A stretch of 64,000 nt of DNA from an uncultured Chloroflexia bacterium (GTDB taxonomy: Bacteria; Chloroflexota; Limnocylindria; Limnocylindrales; CSP1-4): assembly GCA_963720755.1 (NCBI GenBank), contig CAVRGP010000013.1, positions 241,780 through 305,779 on the forward strand. The letters are read 5' to 3'. Every line of letters starts with the position of its first letter. Position 1 is the first letter of the stretch. A model generated the notes under the pieces. It was not told the origin of the DNA and did not search any database. It saw only the letters and a program-made list of their open reading frames with translations. A program made the position numbers and the translations under genes. Shown here one piece after another: positions 50,324 to 60,303 of this stretch.

Positions 50324-53300
50324 TGGCCGCGGCCCCGACCACGGCGGATCCGATCGCCCTGACCGAGGCGCAGCGACGGATCGTCGAATGGGGCGAGGGG
50401 CCGGTCGTCGTCATCGCCGGGGCTGGGACCGGCAAGACCCGGGTCATCGTGGAGCGGGTGAAGTGCCTGCTCGAGCGGCGGGCGCGGCCGGCCACGAACG
50501 AGGCGCGGGAGGCCACGAGGGGGAGGGGGAGGCGGACGGCACCACCTCGCTCCTCCCCGAGCAGATCCTGGTCCTGACGTACAACGTCAAAGCCGCCCGC
50601 GAATTGCAGCAGCGACTGGACAGCGCGGTCGGGGCCGCGAACCGGGCCAGGATCTCGGTCTCCAACTTCCACAGCTTCTGCCATCGGATCCTGACCGAGA
50701 ACGCGGCCGATGCCGGCCTTCCACCGCGGCCGGACGTGCTCGATGGCGTGGGGCAGGTCCTGCTGCTCAAGGACATCGTCGGGGACCTGCCGCTGATCTA
50801 CCACTACCGGGGCAGCTGGACCCTCGGCAGCTTCGTCCAGTTCATCAACCGGTCGAAGGACGAACTGGTCACGCCCGACGACTTCGATGCGTACGTGGCC
50901 AACGAGCGTCGGGTGTTCGAGGAGCGCTACGGCAGCTTCGAGGCCGCCGAGGCTCGACTCGCGACCCAGGGCAACCTCAAGCCGTTCCGTGACGTGCGCG
51001 CCGCGTACGCCGGTGTCCGAGCCAACGAGCGTGCCGAGGCCCGCGGTGAGACCCGCGAGTACAAGTCCGACGACGCCGAACGAACCGCCGATCGCGAGGC
51101 GCGCAGGACGGTCGCGGGGACGGGCAGGGCGCAGGGCGCTGGATGGTTCGCGCCGGAGGATCACCCCCGGATCGAGGCCCTGGCCGCGACCTACGTCGTC
51201 GACGGTGCGGCGCTCGAGGTCGTCCGGCTGACCGAGCTGGCGATGGTCTATCGAGCCTACGAGGAGGAGCTGGCGAGGCGCGGGGCGCTCGACTACGGCG
51301 AGCAGATCGCGGCCGTGACCAAGCTGTTCAAGACGCGGCCGAACGTGCTGCGTCGATGGCAGCGCCAGTTCCGCTACCTGCTGATCGACGAGTTCCAGGA
51401 CGCCAACGTCGCCCAGATCGAGCTGATCGAGCTGCTCGGACGGACGCCCGATCGGCCCGACAACGTCATGGTCGTGGGCGACGACGACCAGTCGATCTAT
51501 CGGTTCCGGGGGGCGAGCTTCGCGGCCTTCGCCGAGTTCGATGCGCGGTTCGCCCGACCGCCGGCGCACGACCCGGGAGCGACGCCGCCGGGGCCGCCGA
51601 CCCATCTCCGGATCGACCAGAACTTCCGCTCGGTCGGGAACGTGCTGACGGCCGCGAACCGGCTGATCCGCCAGAACGAGACCCGGTTCGAGCCCGACAA
51701 GCAGCTCACCACCGAGCGCCCCGACGGCGACCCGATCGAGCTGATCGTGTGCGCCGGGCCTGAGGATGAGGCCGTGGCGATCGTCGATGCGATCAAGTCG
51801 ATGGTCGGGGTGGGGGAGTCGACGGCGGGCGAGGGGAGTGGCGGGACCACGGGGAGTGGCGCGACCACGGGCCGTGCCCGGCCCTGGACCGATATCGCGG
51901 TCCTGTACCGCAAGCACAAGCATCGCGATGCGATCGTGGCGCGGCTGCGGGACGAGGACATCCCGTACACGGTCGTCGGTGGGTTGAGCCTGTTCGCGAC
52001 GCCGGAGATCCGCGACCTGGAGCAGGCGCTTCGGGCGATCGCCGATCCGCACGACGACGCGGCGCTCGTCCGGATGATGACCGCCGGTCCGTGGCGGCTC
52101 GATGCCCTCGAGATCCTGCGGGTGAGCCGGGCGGCGAAGTTCGACAAGTCGCACTTGCTCGAGGCCGCCAAGGCGATCGTCGAATCGGGGCAGGTCCAGG
52201 TCGACGTCATCCAGCAGCGGCGCGACGACGGGCCCGAGTCGGAGAAGGTCGACGCGCCCGCGGGCACGCGCGCGAAGCTGCGCCAACTCCTGGCCGCGCT
52301 CGACGAGCTCACCCCGCTGACGTATCGCGAGGGACCGCACACGATCCTCGAGCGGTTCCTCGAGCGGACCGGCGCCGTCCTCGACCTGATCGCGGTCGAT
52401 ACCCTCGAATCGAAGCGGACCGTGACGAACATCGCGAGCTTCATGCGGTTCGCGGCGGACTGGCAGGCGGAGAACCCGCGCGGGACGCTGAGCGGCTTCG
52501 TCGAATACCTGGATGCGTACCAGGATGCCGGTGGCGAGCTGCCGACGAGCGTGGAGCTGAGCGAGGACGTCGATGGCGTGCGGCTGATGACGCTGTACCA
52601 GGCGAAGGGGCTCGAGTTCCCGATCGTCTTCGTCCCGAACCTGCTCGACGGGGAGTGGCCGGTGAAGGAACAGGGCGACGGCCTGTTCCCGCGCGAGCTG
52701 CTGCGCGAGACCGTGCCGGTCGGTGACATCCACACCGACGAGGAGCGTCGACTCCTGTACGTGGCGATGACCCGGGCCCAGGACCGGCTCATCCTGTCGA
52801 CCCACGGCGGCCCGACCGCGGCCAAGGAAGCGTCGCGGTTCGTCGGGGAGATCCTCGACGGGGCCGGGGCGGAGCTGCGGCAGATCGACCGGACCGGGAC
52901 CGCGGTCGCGGGGGCCGTGGCCGCCGAACCCGAGCCGGCGGTGGCCGAGGCCGCGCCACCCGACGAGACCGCCACCGAACCCGACGACGACGACTTCGAC
53001 GGCACGTTGCGCCTCGATCGCGTGTTCGCCCTCGAACCCGACGACGTTCCGAGCCCCGACATCGACGCGCAGGTCGCGGCCGCGAGACGGGTCATGCCGC
53101 TGCCGAGTGCCCGCGAACGACGGCTGGCCCTGCGACTCCGTGCCAGCGAACTGGTCGGCCTCATGGAGGCGACGGACATCGCCGATCCGGAGGCCGCGGC
53201 GGCACGTGACGAGCTGACCAGCGAGCTCGAATCGATCGCCCGGTCCGCGGCGACCACCTCGGACGAGGCTCGAGCCCTGGGTCTCGACCCCCTGACCTTC

Positions 53301-54122
53301 CGCACGATCGCGCTCGACGACGGCGCCGGCGCCAACCTCCTCCAGGTCGCGCCGCTGCCCGACAAGCACAGCTACTCGTCGCTCAACACGTACGACAAGC
53401 TGCCCGCTCCAGTACGCCTTCCACTACGTCTACCGGATGCCGCCGCGCGAGGAGCCCGTGGCCGCGTTCGCGTTCGGGTCCACCGCGCACGAGGCCTTCG
53501 AGGCGTTCACCAAGAGACCGTCGCGAGCGCGCGGCCCGTGGCGACGAACCGCCCACTCGCGAGGATCTCGAGGCCGCGTTCCGGGCGCGCTGGACCCCGA
53601 CCGGGTTCGGCGACAAGGCGACCGAGGAGAGCTACCAGCGGCGGGTCGCGACCCTGCTCGACAACTTCTGGTCCGGCGAGGTCAGCAGCCTGTCCGAGGC
53701 ACTCCACGAGGAACTCGACTTCGAGCTGACCCTCGAACCCGACGACGGCTCGCGCGCCCGTCGTCATCACCGGCCAGATCGACCGGATCGACCGGCTGCC
53801 CTCGGGCGGCATCGAGGTCATCGACTACAAGACCGGCAAGGTCTCATCCCAGAAGGGCGTCGACGAGAGCCTCCAACTTTCGATCTACGCGCTGGCCTGC
53901 CGCGACGCGCTCGGCCTCGGCACGCCGGAACGGGTGACGCTGTACTTCACGGAGAGTGCCCTGCGGCTGTCGACGACCCGTTCCGATGAACAGTTGGACG
54001 CGGCGCGGGCGGACGTGCTGGCCCGGATCTCGCAGATGCGTGCCGGGGAGTTCGCCGCGACGCCCTCGGCCTGGGCCTGCCAGTACTGCGACTACCGCGC
54101 GATGTGCCCGGAGCGCGTGTGA
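50323..54122 (+). CDS. UvrD/PcrA-like helicase with C-terminal PD-(D/E)xK nuclease (AdnA/B-like); several frameshifts
   Basis: AGAGTGKT, IDEFQD, VGDDDQSIYRFRGA, QNFRS, TLYQAKGLEF, EERRLLYVAMTRA; then GQIDRID...VIDYKTG and CQYCDYRAMC. Confidence 0.88.
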
Positions 54123-54126
54123 TGGC

Positions 54127-54381
54127 TCAGACGTGTGGCAACCCGAGCAACCCTGGGACCGAGAGGCTGTCCTCGAGGGACTCCCACCAAATGGCAGCAC
54201 CGTCCTCGATGATCTCGAGATCCTGTCTCTGCTTGGGCGTGGCGTCTGCCAGCCATTTGAACCACTCGACCGGAACGAGGAGTTCTCGCCCATCGGCGAG
54301 CGTCACGCGCAGCCGATCGTCCGTGACCTCAGCCGCGACGGCGGTCGGGTGGCTGATCGGGGAGCTGACCGAAGAAGTCAT
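54127..54381 (-). CDS. DUF2442 family protein (putative antitoxin)
   Basis: LRVTLADGRELLVPVEWF..L..AT..QR...IWWESLEDSLSV.GLL. Confidence 0.8.
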   Translation of the reverse strand: MTSSVSSPISHPTAVAAEVTDDRLRVTLADGRELLVPVEWFKWLADATPKQRQDLEIIEDGAAIWWESLEDSLSVPGLLGLPHV

Positions 54382-54607
54382 TCCATTGCCTCATCATCAA
54401 TTCTCGGCTGGCGACCACGATTCGCCGGATTCGAGCGATTTCGCGAGGAGTGTACCCCCGCGAGTCCCTGATCCTGACCGGCTTCAGCCAGAATGCAGCG
54501 CCGCCGTCGGCGGAACGGACATGGACATGCGGCGGTTCCCGGATGGCTCGGTTCTCGTTCGAGTGGAAGTAGAACCGATACGGCCCGAAGCGGTGGACGA
54601 CTGGCAC
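54329..54607 (-). CDS. DUF4160 family protein (putative toxin)
   Basis: MPVV..GPYRFYFHSNE...EPPHVHV...AAFWL.PV...W.DFFG. Confidence 0.82.
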   Translation of the reverse strand: MPVVHRFGPYRFYFHSNENRAIREPPHVHVRSADGGAAFWLKPVRIRDSRGYTPREIARIRRIVVASRELMMRQWNDFFGQLPDQPPDRRRG

Positions 54608-54717
54608 GCATACCTCGCCGATTCGATCGGCGGGGCGACATCATCGCCAGACTGGCTGCACTGGCGCTTATCAGGGTTCGATCCTCCCATGAGGCGCGCC
54701 AAGCGGTTGACCGTTGA

Positions 54718-55137
54718 TCAGGCAGCGCCTTCGGCGACGCGGCGGCGCGCCTCCACGGGACCGTCGCCGTACGGATTCGGTTCCCCGTCGTTGAAGCGTG
54801 CCCATCGCACGAGCCGCGGGCCGGCGGAAACCAGGTGGAAGGTCCCGTCCGCGAATTCGGCATCGAGCGACAACGTCCGCGGCGACCGGCCACCGTCCAC
54901 GGTCGCGATGATCACGGGCCAGGCTTCCAGCGTCGAGTCGAACCGTGCGAGAACACGATTGGACGGGATGAGTCGGAGCCGGTATGCGACCGCACCATCG
55001 ACGAAGATCTCGGTCTTTTCCCCGGGCTTTCGTGCTCCTCGGCCGATCTCGGCCTTGCTCCAGTCGAGGTGGCTGGTGTCGGGGCGCTCGTCGTCGGGAT
55101 CCGAGCGGGAAGGGCGTTCAGCGACGTTCGTATTCAT
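54718..55137 (-). CDS. Hypothetical protein
   Basis: 139-aa ORF filling the gap with plausible composition; no recognised motif. Confidence 0.5.
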   Translation of the reverse strand: MNTNVAERPSRSDPDDERPDTSHLDWSKAEIGRGARKPGEKTEIFVDGAVAYRLRLIPSNRVLARFDSTLEAWPVIIATVDGGRSPRTLSLDAEFADGTFHLVSAGPRLVRWARFNDGEPNPYGDGPVEARRRVAEGAA

Positions 55138-55221
55138 GTCGTTCGCGCTTCGTGGCGCGCCATGCGGAGATGATTCGCGGCTTCGTGCCGCGCTCGGACG
55201 TTACCACCCGGGACTCACCTG

Positions 55222-56688
55222 ATGCCGACGCTCGAGGACCGACTGGCCGGGGCCGTGTGGGGCCACCTCATCGGTGACGCGGTGGGGGTGCCCTACGAGT
55301 TCGGGCCGGCGCGCCCGGCGGAGACCGTCGTCTTCGGCACGAAGGGCGTCCACGGTCAGCCGCCGGGGACGTGGAGCGACGATGGGTCGCTCATGCTGGC
55401 GCTGCTCAATTCGCTGCTGACGACCGGCTTCGACACGACCGACCAGGCGCGCCGCGCCCTCGCCTGGTACGACGACAGGGCCTACACGCCCGACGACGAC
55501 GGCAGGTTCGACATCGGCAATGCGACCGCCGCGGCCATTCGCGCCTTCAAGTCCGGGACACCCGCCGAGGACGCCGGCCCGAGCCACGACCGGGCGAACG
55601 GCAACGGCTCGCTCATGCGCATCCTGCCGCTCGCGCTCGTGGAGCGCCGCGCCGACGAGATGCTCCGGATCCGCCACGCCCACCGAGCCTCGCGGGTGAC
55701 CCACGGGACCGCCCGCGCCCAGGTCGCCTGTGCCCTCTACACCCTGATCGTCGGTCGACTCCTGACCGGCGACGACAGCCGCACGAACGCCCTCGCGGAC
55801 GCCAGCGCAAGCCTCCGAGCCGCCTACGTCGAACACGCCATGGCCGACCACCTCGATGCGCTCGACCACCTCGAGGCGTACCCGGACCGCGGCGGCCTCG
55901 GTCGCGTCTGGGACAGCTTCTGGTCCGCCTGGGACGCCTTCGCGGGCGCGACCGACTATCGATCGACCATCCAGCGCGCGGTCGCCTACGGCAACGACAC
56001 GGACACGACCGCGGCGATCGCCGGTGGTCTGGCGGGGACCTATTGGGGTTTCGGCGGCATCCCGCCGGAGTGGCTGAAGGGCATGCGCGGCAAGGCGATC
56101 GCCGAGCCGCTCGTCGATCGACTCATCGCGACCATGGGCACGGCCCTGATCCGCGTCGACGAGGTGCCGCTCAGCCGCGTCCCGGGGTTCGTCGATGCGC
56201 CCGGTCGACTTGGCATGACGTTCCTGCCCGGCAAGCACGGCGTCCACGGCCAGGCCGGAGCCCACGACCGAGACCTCGCGACCGATGCCGCCACGCTGCG
56301 CTGGCTCGGCGTCGAGACCCTGGTCGTGCTCGTCGAGGACGACGAACTGGCGAGGGCCGGCGTGCCGGACATCGTCGAGCGCATGGCGGAGAACGGCATC
56401 GAGACCATCCGCCACCCGATCCCGGACGGCGGCGTCCCCACCGACCCGAGCGCGTTCGCCGACCTGCTCGCCACCCTGGCGACCCGCATCCGCGATGGCC
56501 GGTTCGTGGCCGTCGCCTGCATGGGCGGCCTCGGCCGGACCGGTACCCTCGTTGCGTGCCTGCTGAGGGATGGTGGCCTCGCGGCTGATGAGGCGATCGC
56601 ATTGACCAGAGAGAGCCGCCACGACACGATCGAGAATGATCGGCAGGAGGGTTTCGTGCGGTCGTGGTCGACGGAACCGACTCGATGA
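55222..56688 (+). CDS. ADP-ribosylglycohydrolase fused to a C-terminal CDKN3-like Cys phosphatase
   Basis: GDAVG, TWSDD, DIGNAT, GNGSLMR, NDTDTTAAIAG; then LGMTFLPGK, HPIPDG, P-loop CMGGLGRTG, IENDRQ. Confidence 0.85.
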   Translation: MPTLEDRLAGAVWGHLIGDAVGVPYEFGPARPAETVVFGTKGVHGQPPGTWSDDGSLMLALLNSLLTTGFDTTDQARRALAWYDDRAYTPDDDGRFDIGNATAAAIRAFKSGTPAEDAGPSHDRANGNGSLMRILPLALVERRADEMLRIRHAHRASRVTHGTARAQVACALYTLIVGRLLTGDDSRTNALADASASLRAAYVEHAMADHLDALDHLEAYPDRGGLGRVWDSFWSAWDAFAGATDYRSTIQRAVAYGNDTDTTAAIAGGLAGTYWGFGGIPPEWLKGMRGKAIAEPLVDRLIATMGTALIRVDEVPLSRVPGFVDAPGRLGMTFLPGKHGVHGQAGAHDRDLATDAATLRWLGVETLVVLVEDDELARAGVPDIVERMAENGIETIRHPIPDGGVPTDPSAFADLLATLATRIRDGRFVAVACMGGLGRTGTLVACLLRDGGLAADEAIALTRESRHDTIENDRQEGFVRSWSTEPTR

Positions 56689-56870
56689 CCGCACTCCAGC
56701 CTGACGACGGCTCGCCGGTGATCATCACCGGCCAGATCGACCGGATCGACCGGCTGCCCTCCGGCGGCATCGAAGTCATCGACTACCGAGACCGGCCGCG
56801 TCTCATCCCAGAAGGGCATGGCCGAAGACCTTTGGATGCGTGCCGAGGGCTGCGGGGCGGCGCCAGTTGA
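56685..56870 (+). pseudogene. Duplicated fragment of the helicase nuclease domain
   Basis: 56694-56817 matches 53732-53858, with a 40-bp identical core (56722-56761 = 53764-53803). Confidence 0.8.
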
Positions 56871-56991
56871 CTCGTACTGGACGTATATGTACGCGAGAAT
56901 GAGGCCTGACCGCGAGATCTGATGCCCAAGGAGCACGAGTGACCCGCCCCCGCACGGCGCCTACAACTTCGGTCGCGAGGCTTAGGCCGCG

Positions 56992-59900
56992 GTGACCGGA
57001 GATGTAGCGCAGAATGTGCGATTGCGTTATCCAGAGGTCGGCGAGCTCGTCCACGTCCGCTCGCGGCGATGGCTCGTCGAGGAGGTCGATCGAGCCCGCG
57101 ACGCCCGGTCAGTCCCGCGCTCGTCCGGCTCGCCTGCGCCGACGACGACGCCCAGGGCCAGGCGCTCGAGGTCTACTGGGACTACGAGCTCGACCGCCGC
57201 ATCCTCGAGGAGGAGGGCTGGGAGGACCTCGCCGCCAAGGGCTTCGACGCTCCGCGCCAGTTCGCCGCGTTCCTGCACACCCTGCGCTGGAACTGCGTCA
57301 CGGCGACCGACCCGAACCTCTTCCAGGCGCCGTTCCGCGCCGGCATCAAGATCGACGCCTACCAGATGGAGCCCCTGCGCAAGGCGCTCCGCCTGCCGCG
57401 CGTCAACCTCTTCATCGCCGACGACACGGGCCTCGGCAAGACGATCGAGGCCGGCCTGATCGCCCGCGAGCTGCTGCTCCGCAAGAAGGCGAAGACGATC
57501 GTCGTCGCGGCGCCGCCGTCGGTCCTCGAGCAGTGGAAGGACGAGCTCGAGGAGCGCTTCGGCCTCGTGTTCGAGATCCTCGACCGCGCCTACCTGACGC
57601 GGATGCGCCGCGAGCGCGGCTTCGGCGTCAACCCGTGGCGCACCCACAGCCGGTTCCTGGTCTCGCACAACCTGCTGATCGACCCGACCTACGCCGACCC
57701 GATGCGCGAGTGGCTCGGGCGACTTCTGCCCGGGCAGCCTCCTGATCCTCGACGAGGCGCACCACGCGGCGCCGTCGAGCGGCGGCCGCTACGGCATCGA
57801 GTCGAAGTTCACGCGCGCCGTCCGCGACCTCAGCCGGCCGCTTCGAGCACCGCCTCTTCCTCTCGGCGACGCCGCACAACGGCCACTCCAACAGCTTCTC
57901 GACGCTGCTGGAGCTCCTCGACCCGTACCGCTTCACCCGCGGCGTGAAGGTGCGCGGCAAGAAGGCGCTCGAAGAGGTGATGGTCCGCCGGCTCAAGGAG
58001 GACATCCGCGAGGTCCAGGGCGGCTTCCCGAAGCGGGTCGTGGATCGCGTCGCCATCGACGGCCTGCCCGAGGACGCTCCCGAGCTCGTGCTGTCTCGAC
58101 TGCTCGACGAATACCGGACCGCGCGGGAGGAGCGCTTCGCGAGCACGACGCGACGCGCCCAGGCAGCCGCCGGGCTGCTGGTCGTCGGTCTCCAGCAGCG
58201 GCTCCTCTCGTCGATCGAGGCATTCGCCCGCAGCCTCAAGGTCCACCGGGCAACGGTCGAGCGACAGTGGGAGAAGGGCCAGGCAGCAGCCGCCGAGCGG
58301 CTGCTGCGAGCTGACGCAGACATGCGACCTGCTTCACCACGGCGCCGGACGCCGACGACGAGCGCGGCGAGTGGACGGCCGACGAGCTCGAGGCGGAGGA
58401 GGCCGCCCAGATCGAGGCGGTCACCGCGGCCGCTGAAGCCGCGTCGCCCCGAGATGCGGCCGCGGAGGCCCTGTGGCGCAGCGAGCAGGCGCTCCTCGAC
58501 CAGATGCAGGAGATCGCCGAGCGGCGCGCTACCTGCCCGACGCCAAGATCCGGCGCCTGATCGACTGGATCCGCGAGAACCTCTGCCCCGAACTGCCGCC
58601 CTTCGGCAAGCAGCCCAGGGCGCGGCCGCCGACGCTGGAACGACCGGCGCGTCCTGATCTTCACCGAGAACCGCGAGGGGACGAAGCGCTACCTCAAGGC
58701 GATCCTCGAGCAGGCCATCGAGGACACCGACCGCGCCGACGAGCGCATCGAGGTCATCGACGGCCTCACCACCGGCGCGCGGCGCAAGGAGATCCAGCGC
58801 CGCTTCAACACCGACCCCGCGAAGGACCCGCTGCGCATCCTGATCGCCACCGACGCCGCCCGCGAGGGCCTGAACTTCCAGGCCCACTGCACCGACCTCT
58901 TCCACTTCGACCTGCCCTGGAACCCGGGCCGCATCGAGCAGCGCAACGGCCGCATCGACCGCAAGCTCCAGCCCGCCGCCGAAGTCCGCTGCCACTACTT
59001 CGTCCTGCCGCAGCGGGTCGAGGACCGCGTGCTCGAGGTGCTCGTCCGAAAGACCGAGACGATCAAGAGGGAGCTCGGCAGCCTCTCGAAGGTCATCGAC
59101 GACGACATCGAGCGTCGGCTCGGGCAGGGCATCCGTCACCGCGACGCCGAGCAGCTGGCGCGTGAGATCGAGGAGGCGGACCTCGACGCGGAGCGGAAGC
59201 GCGTCACCGAGGAGGAGCTCGAGGCCGCGCGCGAACGCCAGGAGGAGCTGAAGGCGCAGATCGAGCGATGCCAGAGCCTGCTCGAGGCCTCACGCGACCT
59301 GGGTCGGCTTCGAGGCGGCGCCCTTCCGCGATGCGCTCTCCTGCTCCCTTGAGCTCCTGGGTGCCGAGCCGCTCGTCGAGGCGACCGACGAGCGACGGCC
59401 GTCGAGTCTGGACCTTCCCGCCGCTCGACCGACGCGCAGCGCCGACCCGAGCTGGGCCGCCACGCTCGACACGCTCCGCGCTCCCCGGAAGCAGGATCAG
59501 AAGCTCGCCGACTGGCGCCGGGAGGCGCCGATCCGCCCGGTCGTCTTCGAGGACACCGGGGTCCTGACCGAGGACACCGTCCACCTCCACCTGGAGCAGC
59601 GCGTCGCCCAGCGGCTGCTCGCCCGCTTCCGCTCCCAGGGCTTCATCCACCACGACCTCTCGCGCGCCTGCCTCGCGCAGGCGGCCGACTCGATCCCGCG
59701 TGTGCTCCTGCTCGGCCGCCTCTCGCTCTACGGGCGGGGAGCAGAGCGCCTGCACGAGGAGCTCGTGCCACTCGCGGCGCGCTGGGTCGAGCCCTCGCAA
59801 CGAACGGGCCGCTGCAGGCCTATGCCCGCGAAGCGGAGGCGAAGACACTCGACCTGCTGGAGCGCGTCCCTCTCCGATGCCGAGCGCCGCATGCCCGGTG

Positions 59901-60303
59901 AGGCGATCCAGCGCCGGCTTCTCACATCCGCGCCCCGCGATATCACCGACCTTCTGCCGCAGCTCGAGCCACGCGCTGAGGAGCTGGCAGCGCTCGCCGT
60001 CGACAAGCTCAGAAGCGCGGCGAGCGCGAGGAGAAGGACCTGCGCGAGACCCTCGAGCGCCAGCGAGAACGGGTGCGCGACGAGCTGGCCAAGCACGAGG
60101 GCGAGTCCCAGCAGCTCGACGCTCGACTTCGACGACGAGGAGTCGCGCCAGCTCGAAGCGGACATGCGGTCCTGGCGCACGCGACTCGAGCAGTTCGACC
60201 GCGAACTCGAGAGGAGCCGCAGCGCATCCGCGAGTTCTACGACGTCCGCGCGACCCGCGTCGAGCCGGTCGGGCTCGTCTACCTCTGGCCGGAGACGAAC
60301 TGA
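56992..60303 (+). CDS. drmD: DISARM SNF2-like helicase DrmD; multiple frameshifts
   Basis: QAPFRAGI..DAYQMEPLRKALRLPRVNLFIADDTGLGKT, DEAHH, SATPHNG, ATDAAREGLNFQ, DLPWNPGRIEQRNGRIDR, C-terminal EPVGLVYLWP; coupled to a methyltransferase. Confidence 0.82.

Noticed and set aside
56867-56900. TTGACT plus an AT-rich stretch as the DISARM promoter
   Set aside because: No -10 hexamer at acceptable spacing, so it could not be supported.
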